A DNA stretch of 64,000 nt from positions 1-64,000 of the forward strand of contig CP120453.1 in NCBI GenBank assembly GCA_034226945.1. The letters are read 5' to 3'. The notes beneath the pieces are model-generated. The model had not been told where the DNA came from. It saw only the letters and a program-made list of their open reading frames with translations, and searched no databases. Positions 20,402-32,668 of the stretch are shown here, piece by piece. Position numbers and translations under genes: made by a program. The first letter of the stretch is position 1; each line of letters opens with the position of its first letter. The stretch is from Picochlorum sp. SENEW3. Its lineage: Eukaryota.

Positions 20402-21100
20402 ATGGCAAGGTTTCTATGGCTCTTCCTAGGGTGTGTGTTACTCTGGAGTTGTGGTCCTATCTTTTCTGTCATGGGACTGGATAATGATGATGATGATGAT
20501 GTACCAGCAAGAGATACTGACATTGTCGTTGTCAAAGGCGTATCAAGAAAACTACTGCAGCAAAGTGCTACAGATGCTGAGGGAAAGCAGAAGATGGAGG
20601 AGGAGAAGCTCAAGTTTGAGATTGATTGACTGATCATAAAGAGCTTCAAACTACTTGAAAAAAAATCCTTGCCCTGTTTGCTAACAAGGAACTCTAGCTT
20701 CACTGGCAGTGGGGATAAATTGTCTAGATTGAGTGCCACTCAATTTAACATGAAATTATCGACAATAGTAGCCAGGCTGTAGCAAATGGAAGAGCGAAGC
20801 ACACAACACAGCGACAGACCCTCACAAGGTAGAGAAAAAAGGGCACATTGTCAACCACTGAGGAAGGCCCTTGCCACAAGGAATGTCCCAAACCAACCGA
20901 AATTGCATCCAAGTAATCATCACTCTTTCATAGCAACGATTTGAGCATGTGAAAGCCATGTTGAGATTTCTGTCAAGAGATGGCCGTGCTTAGGACACCA
21001 TGGTGTTTGACCAAGCTTTGGTGACAACAGCCCAACGTCGCATGATGGCACTCCTGAATCTCCACTCTCTCTAAAACAGCGCAACGTTATCAAACAGTAG
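20402..21100 (+). pseudogene. Probable decayed gene for a secreted pro-protein
   Basis: MARFLWLFLGCVLLWSCGPIFSVMG signal-like peptide, acidic stretch, RKLLQ cleavage-type motif, then a stop at 20629. Downstream frames look coding-like but are broken by stops; the 3' limit is approximate. Confidence 0.45.
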
Positions 21101-22112
21101 CGAAATCAAATGAGCAAACAACAGAAATATCCATTCACGCGTTTGGATATCAGGAGGTTTCGTGACGCGATCCATGTACGTGCACATGCACGCTTTCTTT
21201 GAATAACGGAGCTAATATAATGGCCGCAATTCCCCACGTCGGGACGCCTCCCGTGACAGGACCTATGGCTAATTAATCCGCGCGATAGAATGTAATTCAG
21301 AACACACTGATTATTCATCCATGCACTCGTGTTTAGGTGCAAGCGATCCATTGTGATTCAAAGTAGTGAATTCTTCGAATATCCAATAAATCTTTAACAC
21401 TATAATGTAGCATCCAAATGAAAACCTTTGAGAGAATTGGCGCCGATGTTTGGAGCCTGTCCTTGTCCCACTCACTATTGAAAGCGATGGGAGGATCCGA
21501 TTTGGGACAACGAAGAAAAGAATCACTGGCACTTTGACCCCGGCAAAAAAGACGGGGTTAAGACTTCCTCGTCCCAAAATTTAGGGCATGGGCGTGCATG
21601 ATGTTCATTCCATTCCCATCTCCTTGAAAATTGCCATTCTCTTCCCATTGATACACTGGAAATGGAGTATATCCGCCGAGGGAGAGAAACAAAGGCTGCG
21701 ACGAGTCATGAATACATTTCTATATTTGAACGACATTTGCACAACAGAAAAAAATTATGGCTCATCCAAGCGATGGCCAATAGCGGCAAGTATTCGACCC
21801 CGGCATGTTTCCCAGCTAGATTGCGGTCCACGCGTTTTTTCAGCGGACAAGGCCTGAAATTGTACACATTTAGCGCAACATCAAAGCTAGATGCTTAAGA
21901 AGAAACATTTTGTTTCGCTTTAAATAACCCGCAGTTCCTGTCCATTTGTGCCGAATCTGACATTGGGTTGGTTGGTAGCCGAGAGAACAAATGGATTTTT
22001 TGCCTGAAAGATAATGTCAGCTCGTAATCTCTTAAATTCAGGGAATACAACGTTACAAAAATACAAAGGAATCCAATACAAGCAGTGTTCTCATAATATT
22101 CATTCCACACTA

Positions 22113-24981
22113 CTACTCCCACGCATCAATCTCATCACGAGCAGAGGGCAGGGAGGATAACTTGACGTCAGAGCCATTCTCAACACTCATTATATCCTCA
22201 AGATCCATGCTGCTGAGTATATACTCAGGAGTATCATTATTCTGGTTTCTATACGTCGCAGAAGCCACTTCGAACAAACCCTGTTTGCCGCCGAGACCTG
22301 TTGATTGGGCGACAGAGGAAACGTGCTCCTGCCACTGAGATGTACCAGATGCTGGGCTCGTCTGGGCTAGTTGGTACCCTAATTGCTCTGCCAATTCGTA
22401 CACCCCTCCCCATTTTTCTATAGCCCTCGCAATGTCGAAGCGATTGGCCCTCACAAAGTCATTCTTCAATGGCATGACCCCTGATGGCAGATCGCTACTC
22501 AGGATGAACTCGTCAATCTCATGCTTCACATTCTCAATGGAATTCCAATATCCCCGAGGCTTTCGTGAGCGACTTTTTGATCCCCATCCCATCCGTTTTG
22601 CCACATTGGAAGCACCACCATGTGCAGACAGAGCCTTTTCTAAGTCGGTGCGATGAGAAGCTCTCAACTCGGACCGTGACGGAATCATCCTGGTATCTCC
22701 ATAGGTTGCTTCCAATTCATCACGAAGCACCTCGAAATTTTTAATCATGTCTGCAAACATTCGTACAATATGATTGGCATCCCCATAGGTTGCTATGCGT
22801 CAAAAAAGATTTGAAAAAGTCAACAACGCGACGTACCTCCAAGTTTGGGCCTCTGCCTTGTTGGCACTATCACTCCGCCATCTTGCTCAATGCGACGTCG
22901 TTCTACCTCGTGTTTGATGGCCATCAGGTTGTTGGGCATATCTTCAAACACCATTCCTTCCAGCAGTGGTTCAATAAAGCCACACATGGATGCCTGGGTT
23001 GGTATGATGATCTCAACAGCATATTTCAACAGTGTCTGGGGACCAGCATAATCCTCCTGGACATCACCTACTACTTCTTGTATCGCCCATTTCCCCTGGA
23101 ATTTCTCGACATCCCCTGCCACTTGTCGAAACTGGACTTCGCTGCACACACAGACAGAGAGATACATGTTGTTGATTAACTCCACTCCTAGTATCATCAT
23201 CATCATCATGATTACCATGTATATCGAGATAAGACCCATCGTAGTAGTAACTCACCTGAATGGCTTCTCAACCAGGTCCATGACAGATTCGGCATGAAGG
23301 CACATGTAATACATATTCTTGTATCCAACCTGCCTCACTCGCACCACGTTTTCAGGCGCTGCTCTGGGAAGTCTGATTCGCTCACTAGAAGCCAGGTTGG
23401 GAACGAACTCTGCAAGCCTATTGTAGTCTGTGAGGACATCCCATACAAGCGAGGGAGGTGCATTGATCCTAATTGCTGCAATGGACCTCCGATGCAAATA
23501 ATCCAGGCCATCAAGCCTCCTCAAATGAATTTCAATGTCGTCATTATTGTCCTCTGATGACGAGTTTTTTCTGGGGTCGCCTGAATCAACCCCAGAAAAA
23601 ATCAAGGCTTTATTATTGTCGCCTGTTGCTAGAAAAGCGCTCCTTGTACAATCGCCTCTTGGCAGCATCGTCACACCATTGCTATCATGATCATCATCTC
23701 TTCCCAGAGCATCTCTCCCGGAAGAAGTCTTCTTTTTCTGCTCCAATTCATCATTGAGAGCTTCTTTCACAGACACATTTCCCGGAGCTCCCGAAGGCGG
23801 CAAAGGCACCCATGCAGTTCCCAAATAGGCAGACTTGGCTGCATCCATCACTGCCAAGCGATTCTGTCTTTCTGCTGTGATTGGCGCCGATGCTGCATAC
23901 GGGGATCCTCGGGGCCAAAATGGACCTTTCGAAGGCAATCGTGCCTCATCATCATCATCTTGCTCAGCATTCTCTCTGGAAGCATTCTCTATGAGCTGTG
24001 GAATGTCTGGGTTGACCTCTGTCCCAACCCAAGATGCCAATCCCGATGCTTTCAACCTTGATTCAGACACGGACTCTGCCCGAGATGCTATGGCTCTAAT
24101 ATTGGATGGAAGCCCAGCCTTGATGATGTATGACGTAATCTGTGAAGGCAAACTGAATCGAGGCTGGATGCAAATGTCATACCTCAGAAATGTCGACATC
24201 TGTGCCGAGCTCGCCATGTTTGACTCGACAATCCACCGTCCATACAATTCTTCGAAATCACCAGAGACCATTCGGAACCGCACCTCCTTTCTCCATGACG
24301 ACGACGTATCCACCTCTTCCACCTCGAGCTCCGCCTCCGCCTCCAGGCGCCACAGAATGCTCTGACTACACCCAACTTGACGTAGCCGCGTGACTCCAGG
24401 CTTGGCAGATGGCAACCTCTCACAAACCTCTAAATTCGGAACAAACCCAGGCAGAGCTTCATAATCAGTCAACACACCCCAAACATCCTCCAATTGAGCT
24501 TGCACCCTAACCTCTGCCACAATACGTTTTGACCCATCCTTCCTTTTGTCATCATCATACATGTGGATCCCAGTTATACTACTACTATTATTAGTCGTAG
24601 TATAACGCCCTCCTACATATAGCAGTATTTTGACATTATCAGAGATCAATAGAAATGAAAAGAACAGCCAATCTCTACTATGGATTCACAATCAATCATT
24701 GAGAGATAACTCGTACCTTGTTGTTGTTGTTGTTCTCCAGCATCATTGGCCAGTGCTCCATGGATGATGCATCCCTTCTTCTTCTTCTTCTTCTTCAACA
24801 CATGATGAAATGATGATGATGATGACGAGAATCGTGCACCATGTGCAACAACAAAGAGACTCTTTTGTGCTATAGAACATCTTTGCCTCAAAGAAGAAGA
24901 ACCTGAAGGCCTCTGTCCTCTACACACTTGGTGAAGAGAGGCTGGCACATGCACCGTGAGTATGCTCCGCTCCAATGCCAT
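22113..24981 (-). CDS. Plastid-type protein with two polyketide-cyclase/START (Coq10-like) domains; 4 exons 24981-24717, 24612-23256, 23141-22837, 22750-22113
   Basis: Two VWxVLTDYxxLxxFVPNL motifs. C-terminal RKPRGYWNSIEN..DIARAIEKWGG as in plant homologs. GT-AG introns keep the frame. Confidence 0.88.
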
Positions 24982-25708
24982 CTACAATCCTATTTTTATC
25001 GATTCATTTGTCCTCTTCTAGTAGTAATAATAATAAAATGCGATACTCGTCTTCAGCGTCGTTGTCAAGCATCCACAGGGCTGTCTTCTCTTGTTGTCAT
25101 CGGGAAAATGCTCCCCGACTCTGTCCGTCTTTGGCGAATCCTACTACGATGAATCTATGATTATCCTACTTGGTAGTAAAGAATGTTTACAAATGAAATA
25201 CCACTGAGGTAGCCCTGTGGATGGTTCAAAACGACGCTCTGAGGGTGTTGCCCTCCTCCAATGCTCATGGTCCAAGGTTGGCCTTGATGAGATACTGCAT
25301 GCAGAGTGGATCATCACCTGTTGCTAGACTGGACAGCAACTGCTCTCATCAATCAGAGCACACAGCATGTATGCATCCTGCTCTCCATTGGGTTCGGAGA
25401 GCCTTTCTCTCATCATCAAGAAGGAAGAAGAAAAACAAGAAGGCAAGAAGAATGGAATATGATAATAATAATCGACCATCTTGTGTCCTTCAAACAGAGG
25501 TGTTGATGGGAAGAGAAAGATACGATGGGTTGTCCTGAAATCGATCAAATCATCCCATCATAGTACATCCATGACCGACCATCACAAGTGATTGGGTTTG
25601 GAAAATCCACACTGATCCAAATCCATTTGGATAGACAAAATCTCGCCTGCCTCGGCAAGGTGCTGTTATTTTCTTCTGTACAACGCTTGGTCGCATCACC
25701 CGTGAAAA

Positions 25709-26593
25709 ATGCAATCAACAGCTTCAATTAGCCGTACATCGGCCTTCGTTGGTCGCTCTAGGGCTCAGGTGCGTGTGATGTACATGGATTGCGTCGATTG
25801 CTTGGACAAGATTCTTGCACTCTCTCAGCAAGCGAAAAGACGACTCATATGTTTTGATTATTAAAAGAATAAAATAGTCATAGGATCACGTGTATACCAT
25901 GTGCAGGCCAGACGCTCTGCAGTGACTGTGTATGCTGCTGCTCGCCCTCTGTGGCAACCAGGAAGCACACCACCAGCCCATCTCGATGGATCTCTTCCAG
26001 GAGACTTTGGATTCGATCCTTTGAACCTTGGAGCAAACAAGGCTGCTCTGGACTGGTACCGTAATGCCGAGCTTCAGAACGGACGCTGGGCCATGGCTGG
26101 TGTTGCTGGCATCTTGATTCCAAACATCCTTACCAAGGCTGGCGTGTTGGATGTTCCAGACTGGTTTGTGGCTGGAAAGATTGCCCAGGAGAACTCTGCA
26201 ATTCCATTCTCTTCTCTGCTCATGGTTCAGCTCTTCCTTCACAACTTTGTTGAGATCAAGCGTTGGGAGGACATGAAGAACCCAGGAAGCCAGGCAGAGC
26301 CAGGGTCATTCCTCGGATTCGAGTCTGCTTTCAAGGGAACTGGAGTTTCTGGATATCCAGGAGGTCCATTCGACCCTCTTGGTCTTGCATCTGGATCCAA
26401 AGAGAGCGTTGATGACCTCAAACTGAAGGAGATTAAGAATGGTCGCCTTGCCATGGTGGCCTTCCTTGGATTTGTTGCACAGCAGGCTGCCACAGGAAAG
26501 GGACCAGTCGACAACTTGTTGGATCATATCGCCTCTCCATGGGCAGTGAACTTTTGCACAAACGGAGTCTCCCTTCCAGTGAGCATTTTCTAA
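25709..26593 (+). CDS. LHCA8: Photosystem I light-harvesting chlorophyll a/b protein; exons 25709-25768, 25907-26593
   Basis: LDGSLPGDFGFDPL, ELQNGRWAM, EIKNGRLAM. AGILIP.ILTKAG and PGSQAEPGSFLGFE match green-algal Lhca8 better than Lhca7 as recalled. Confidence 0.93.
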
Positions 26594-26659
26594 GTTAGAA
26601 AGCACTGTCATACACTGTGCTTGCATAAAGAATACACTTTTTAGACGAATGTAAAGCGT

Positions 26660-27014
26660 TCAATTCGACAATGCGCGCTTTCGAGCCTCTTCTTCCTCTT
26701 GCATTGCTTTTTCCAACCGCTCCTCATACGGCGTGGTGCAGACCCGAATCGGTTTATCAATGGCATACTTGCTGCCTGCAGGTCAAGGCGCACACATGGG
26801 TCAGAAGGGCGTTTGGGATCCGAAACCCAGTCTCAGACTCCCTACCTGAGTTATCAATCCCTATTATTTGTTCATTATTTTCATCAAATACAAATTTGCA
26901 GCCAGCATGCGGTGGAGTTGCTGGCTTTGGATGGCTCTTTGAGTGTTGGTCGTTGGGCATTTGCCCAACATCCTCCAGGACGTTTGGCTTTCCCAAACAA
27001 CACAGGAACACCAT
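26660..27014 (-). CDS. Small 94-aa spliced protein; exons 27014-26846, 26775-26660
   Basis: A 70-nt GTAGGG..TGCAG intron joins MVFLCCLGKP... to SKYAIDKPIRVCTTPYEERLEKAMQEEEEARKRALSN-stop. It fills the gap between two genes. Confidence 0.7.
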
Positions 27015-27068
27015 ATTTGTGTATCTATATAATTTATATGTATTAAATAAATAATATAAATCGACAAT

Positions 27069-29896
27069 TTAGGGCACACCATTGTCAAAACGACAGATAC
27101 ACTCGTATACATTGCCGTTGAAAAGGCGCGATGCGAGGTGCTTGTTCTTGATCATGGCCAATTTGAGCACGTCACACTTTAGCTTTGCCGCAAAGTTTGT
27201 GTGGATCGATCTGCCCATACCTTCTATAATGACGAGATCTGTCCCGACTGTGGCATCTGCCACGTCCTTGCTCACACGAGTGAGATCCAGGCATGGGCTG
27301 CCCTGGCCATTCTCGACAACATACAGCCGGGGCTCTCTGGCAGCATCTGTTCCAGGCTGAGAATGCAAGGATGGCAGGGCTGGTACTGGGCTGTCTTCTT
27401 TAGGACTTCCCGATGACGATGGAGGACTGGAATCGTTTCCGATGAGCATGGAGGACAAGTTTGTCATGGACGAGGGTCGTTGCATCATACCAGGAGGAGG
27501 AGGAACACGGCCTCCATTGGCTACTTGTGCCGCAATCGCTGCCTTTCTCGCCTCTTTCATGATTGGACATATGTCTGAAGCTCTATCAACGACATCTATT
27601 AATTCGTTCAAGGTGATATCGTTGATGGCTGGGAGGGAATTGGCAGCCAAAACAACCTCACCTCCTCCTCTCAATATTTCCCGTGCCAGGGGAAAACAGC
27701 CAAGGACGACATCTGCTCCTGCATTGTCAACAAAGATGAGACATCTGCGGTACGGGAATTTGAATTGCCCTTTCCCGTTGGTGTCCAAATCGCTCTTCGA
27801 AAGCCACACTTCGGCAAAGTCTGTGAGGTCATCAACCCTCCATGGTCGCTGGCTCAATCGTTCCCTAGCATGCTTGTACATTTCCAAAATAGTCGCTGTG
27901 TGATACAAATCTACGCACGCTTTGGCACCCCAATCAAAAATATTTGCTGCAAGTACACCCTGGACCAATGACAACAGGCGCGCAGGCGGTTCCAAGGTGT
28001 CAAGCTCGGCAAGCAAATCTGGCAGGGCCTCAAGCGCTGCAGCATTCTCACGAGCCTTGTCCATGCGATACACGTCATCAAATCCAGCCTCACGCAAACA
28101 TTCTTCTCTCACTTCAAAAAGGTCAGAAAGATTTATTTGGCCGAAAGAGCTTGACTGACTGCGGTATTTGGACAGGTACGAGTCTAATGATCTCCCAAAT
28201 GAGGCTGCCCTCTGTATGGCATCCTTGGTGTTCTGTTGGCTTGATGCAGCCTTCTCCATCACTGTAGGTATTTGATCCTGTAAAACTCCAACCCAATATG
28301 CCATCTCAGCCGCATCTGCGTTGATATCGATCGTATTTGCAACATACTTGCAACTTGTTGCGAGGAGAGGAAATGGCTCGCAGGTGGGCGTAAAATGCAA
28401 CACCCCAACATGAAGATCAAACTTTTGCGACTGTAATTCCTCTGATCCAGAATATTTAGGATGAGTTTCGAGCTGTGCAAGAGCGAGCTCGTGCTCTGTT
28501 TTGGCCGCCTCTGTAGCAGGCCTGACAGTCTCAATGAATTTGTCCACCCAAGCCTCAGACTTCTGTCCACTCTCCTCTCCATCCGAATTTTCGAGTGAGA
28601 ATTTCTCCACGAAGCGAGCTCTTACTTTACCAGCTTCTGATGTCTTATCTTTCACCGGTGAAATACCAGGGACTGCTTGCACCCTCATAAAGGCCCCCAT
28701 CGCGCCAAGGAATCCCTCATGCCGCAAGAACATGGCTCCCATCTCCCCCTGTGACCAAAACCGAATAGCATACGATATCGTTTCCATGGTATATAAATGA
28801 CCCCGGATGAAAAATCCACCAAAGAAAATCCTGGACAGATTGTATCGCTTGGCGTTGAGATAGGCCAACTGCCCAATATTGTATGAAATCATTCTCAACA
28901 GACTCATGGCAATGTCCGCTGGATTGTAATCCTCAAGATTCTTCTCACTATGCAGCACCTTTCCAAACGAAGATGCTATTGTATTCGCAGATAATCCTAT
29001 AGACGCATAATCGCGGCCTCCATAGATGTCTCCAACCAACATGTCCACATTGGAATTGTCCCCATGCGATGACAGCTCCAGCATCTCATCAAATGAACTA
29101 CACCCAGTCAACAATCTCCCCAACCCCCAAAACGTCCCTCCACCCATATTAGTTCCACTAATTCTCTGGTACTCCCCCTCCCCATCCACGCGCACCATGG
29201 ACACGCCACTTCCGATATTCACCAGCAGATATGGATACACTGTCCCAGGATCAATATCAATAAAAGAAATCTCCCCATTCTCATACTGGAATGCCTCATT
29301 CCTCACAGCCTGCAAAAGAAAATTACACCCAGACACCATGCACGCCATCTCATCCTCCCGCTCCAGAATAATCCCCAATCTCTCCCTGAACAACTCTGCA
29401 TACTTGAATGCCCCTCCCCCAGTAGCTTTGACTCTCATAGGCTTTCCAGAGTTCCTTCTCTTATGCAGCCGCTTATTCTCTATAAAATCCATGCAATCAT
29501 GTATCCTCGATGTCTCAAACTTCTCAAAACGAAGCTTCCCACCCCCAGACTCGAGGGGATTCCTCACAAAGTAGGCCAACTTGATTAATGACCCACCGAT
29601 ATCCAGAGCTATATGGGACACATACTCACTCTGATGGGGCAGAAATATACTAGGAGCATCCTTTCTATTCTCACCTGCGCCATACAATGCAATACTCACC
29701 CACCCATGCCAGAGCCAGTCAACGACAGCGGCATTCGCATACCTGAGAGCAGAGGACCGCACCGTGGAGACCATTCCTGACTGATCTGGGCCCCCTTGAC
29801 ATTGATATGGTCATGATACTCATCCAAAGATGAGCGATGTCTATCGACAGTCTCGGGACCCTCCCTATCCTGGTCTTTTTCGAAACCTTGTTCCAT
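27069..29896 (-). CDS. PANK2: Pantothenate kinase fused to DUF89/ARMT1-like phosphatase; intron 29742-29675; start uncertain
   Basis: Kinase motifs ALDIGGSLIK, ATGGGAFKY, LVNIGSGVS, GGGTFWGL. DUF89 motifs LAANIFDWGA, FVDNAGAD, IEGMGRSIHTN. Confidence 0.95.
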
Positions 29897-30292
29897 TCCC
29901 ACTCATCTACTGATCCATCCCTTTATACAACCTGCGTGAAGAGTTGATGGATGAATTCTATGAATGCCATGGGCATTGCTGTTGCTGTTCTTGTTCAATG
30001 CAATGAGGTCTCTGACTTTGACTTGAGCCATCCCAGCTAGCTGCAGCTGAGAAATCCAAGGACAGGAGTTGGCAAGGGTCCAATCCATCCCTGGTATCGC
30101 TAGCAGAACAATATAATGATTATTACTGCATAAAACTTTTTTATTATTCAGTATTCGGAGAGAACCATGCCCTCATCATTACAGCAGAAACAACAAAGAC
30201 ATTGAGAGAGATTCGCTCACGGAATTGGTTAGAAACTACAGGCTATTCTTACACACCCTACTGCTAGGGGAATATTTATATAGATAGACACC

Positions 30293-31093
30293 ATGTCGAC
30301 GCCGGGGAGCACTGTGTCACGGCCGAAACCGTGGGAGCGACAGAGTCGAGTGGAGGGGACGTCGTCTCCTGCTGCGGAGGGGGCTGCCAAGCCATGGGAA
30401 GCATCGCGACCTGTGTCATCTGTTGAAACTGTGGTGCCGGAGTCGTCGGCGGGGCCGTCTCAGCAGCCGGCTGCGAGGCCTTGGGAGGCAGGTCATGGGA
30501 ATCAGGGTGGGGTGATGACGACAGGGAGTCCGTACTACTACCAGAGGCCTGGGAGTTATGGGTTGTATGGCAATAGCGGTATGTATGGCAATAGCAGTAT
30601 GTATGGCAATAGCGGTATGTATGGGAATGGCAGTATGTATGGGAATAGCGGTATGTATGGGAATAGCGGTATGTATGGGAATGGCAGTATGTATGGTCCC
30701 AATAGCGGCATGTATGGTAGCAGCATGTATGGTCCCTATAGCGGTATGTATGGCATGAATCCCATGGGAAATATGTATGGCCGTCCCATGCCAGGTGGAG
30801 GAGATCCCAACGCACCATCAGCGTGGCAGGCCATGTTGGGTGGCATTGGCAGCATGGTTCACTTTTTTGGCAGGCTGTCCTTCTTGGTGGATGAGAATGC
30901 ACATGCTGTGCACTTTTTCGTCAGTGCATTGTTACAATTACTAGATAGGTTTGGATCTCTGTATGGAGAGCTGGCCAGATTCATACTGCGACTGTTGGGG
31001 TTGCGTACAAAGGAATCCACCATGGACAAGGAGCAGCATGTTGAAAATCCAAAGACATTTGATGCGACATGGCAGAATACAATGCGCAATTGA
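30293..31093 (+). CDS. PEX13: Plant-type peroxin 13
   Basis: Three (K/R)PWE motifs, a YG-rich region, and FFGRLSFLVDEN..FFVSALLQLLDRFGSLYGELARF. Confidence 0.9.
   Translation: MSTPGSTVSRPKPWERQSRVEGTSSPAAEGAAKPWEASRPVSSVETVVPESSAGPSQQPAARPWEAGHGNQGGVMTTGSPYYYQRPGSYGLYGNSGMYGNSSMYGNSGMYGNGSMYGNSGMYGNSGMYGNGSMYGPNSGMYGSSMYGPYSGMYGMNPMGNMYGRPMPGGGDPNAPSAWQAMLGGIGSMVHFFGRLSFLVDENAHAVHFFVSALLQLLDRFGSLYGELARFILRLLGLRTKESTMDKEQHVENPKTFDATWQNTMRN
30565..30753 (+). repeat. 18-21-bp coding minisatellite (MYGNSG repeats) in PEX13
   Basis: GGTATGTATGGCAATAGC-like units, about 10 copies. Confidence 0.9.
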
Positions 31094-31211
31094 ATTAATC
31101 AATGTATATTAATACTTGTAATAGAAGGTGATTCAAATCGAATAAACGCGGTTTGGGTGGACATTTCTCGACATCCAGCATTATTACGACAAGGATCTGC
31201 TTTGGAAATCA

Positions 31212-32576
31212 ATGAGTCATTTCAAATACGTGGTACTTGGAGGAGGTAATAGCTCTGGATATGCTGCCAGGCAATTTGTGAATCTGGGTGGTGGTCCAAG
31301 GGAGCTCTGCATCATTACAAATGAAGCCTACGTGTCATACGAGAGGCCTGCGCTGAGCAAAGCCTACTTGTTTCCAGACAAGCCAGCGAGGCTTCCAGGG
31401 TTTCATACTTGTGTTGGTGGGGGTGGTGAACGGCAGGATCCAGACTGGTATGCCAAGCATGGGATTGAGTTTATGGTGTCAACTCAGGTGACAGAGTTGA
31501 ACAGGGAGGAAAAGGTTGTTAAAACGGACCAGGGGGAGAGCATTTCGTATGATACGCTCATCATCGCGACGGGGGCACGGGTGAGTTTGACGTATCTATT
31601 TTCTTCCTCTGACACGTTGATTGAGTATAGATATACTTGTTGTTTCCATGTGCAGCCAGTGACTCTGTGGGATCTCAAGGCTTCTGGGGCGGATTTGAAA
31701 GGTATATACTACCTCAGGAATGTGCAGGATGCTGATGTATTGATTGATGGTATTGCAAAGGCCAAAGAAAAAGGTGGCAAGGCGGTCTGTATTGGGGGAG
31801 GGTACATTGGGATGGAATGTGCTGCTGCCCTGGCCATGAATAATCTGGAGGTGACCATGGTGTTTCCTGAATCCAGGCTTTTTGAGAGGCTTTTTACTCC
31901 TGAGATTGCCGAATTTTATGAGAAGTTTTACGCAGACAAGGGCATTACACTGGTGAAGGGTGCGCTCTGCAAGTCGCTTGAAGGAGATGAGACTGGATCA
32001 GTGACGACAGCAGTGTTGGACAATGGAGCCAAAGTACAGTGTGACCTCGTTGTGGTGGGTATTGGCGCCAGGCCTAATACTGAAATATTCAAAGGGCAAG
32101 TTGACCTAGTAGATGGGCCACCAGGAGGTATTAAAGTGAACAGCAAGTTGCAGACGAGTGATGAAAACATCTATGCAATTGGCGATGTGGCAGCCTTTCC
32201 ACAGTCCTTGGAAGGGGGCAAGCTGACACGCCAGGAGCACGTGGTGAATTGTCGAACATCAGCAGCATATGCCATGTCATCAGCCATGGGTGAAAAAGTG
32301 GGGGATTACGAGTATTTGCCATACTTTTACAGTAGAGTGTTCTCGCTCTCGTGGCAGTTCTATGGATCTTCTGATGCAGAGGCAGTGACCCACTTTGGTG
32401 ACATGGCATCTGGTAAATTCGGTGCTTTCTGGGTCAAAGAAGGGAAGATTGTTGGTGGATTCTATGAAGGAGGGGATCCTGAAGATTTTTCTGCCCTGAA
32501 ATCGATTGTTGTCAATCAGCCCAAGGCTCCAGAGAATCTTGCCGATCTGGGGCTGGGACTTGCTTCCCGCATGTAA
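31212..32576 (+). CDS. MDAR: Monodehydroascorbate reductase; 75-nt intron 31581-31655; C-terminal SRM (PTS1-like)
   Basis: FKYVVLGGG, YERPALSKAYL, ARLPGFHTCVGGGGERQ, IGGGYIGME, YLPYFYSRVF. Confidence 0.95.
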   Translation: MSHFKYVVLGGGNSSGYAARQFVNLGGGPRELCIITNEAYVSYERPALSKAYLFPDKPARLPGFHTCVGGGGERQDPDWYAKHGIEFMVSTQVTELNREEKVVKTDQGESISYDTLIIATGARVSLTYLFSSSDTLIEYRYTCCFHVQPVTLWDLKASGADLKGIYYLRNVQDADVLIDGIAKAKEKGGKAVCIGGGYIGMECAAALAMNNLEVTMVFPESRLFERLFTPEIAEFYEKFYADKGITLVKGALCKSLEGDETGSVTTAVLDNGAKVQCDLVVVGIGARPNTEIFKGQVDLVDGPPGGIKVNSKLQTSDENIYAIGDVAAFPQSLEGGKLTRQEHVVNCRTSAAYAMSSAMGEKVGDYEYLPYFYSRVFSLSWQFYGSSDAEAVTHFGDMASGKFGAFWVKEGKIVGGFYEGGDPEDFSALKSIVVNQPKAPENLADLGLGLASRM

Positions 32577-32668
32577 GGATCCCGTGTCCGCATGCATCGA
32601 GCATTCGTGGTACTGTCCATATGATGAGAATACTATGATTTATTTCCATGCAATACTAATAAATAAAG

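Noticed and set aside
21580..21586. TTTAGGG as a telomeric tract
   Set aside because: Single 7-mer, expected by chance.
25221..25548. Short ORFs between the START-domain gene and LHCA8
   Set aside because: Conflicting frames on both strands and no motif.
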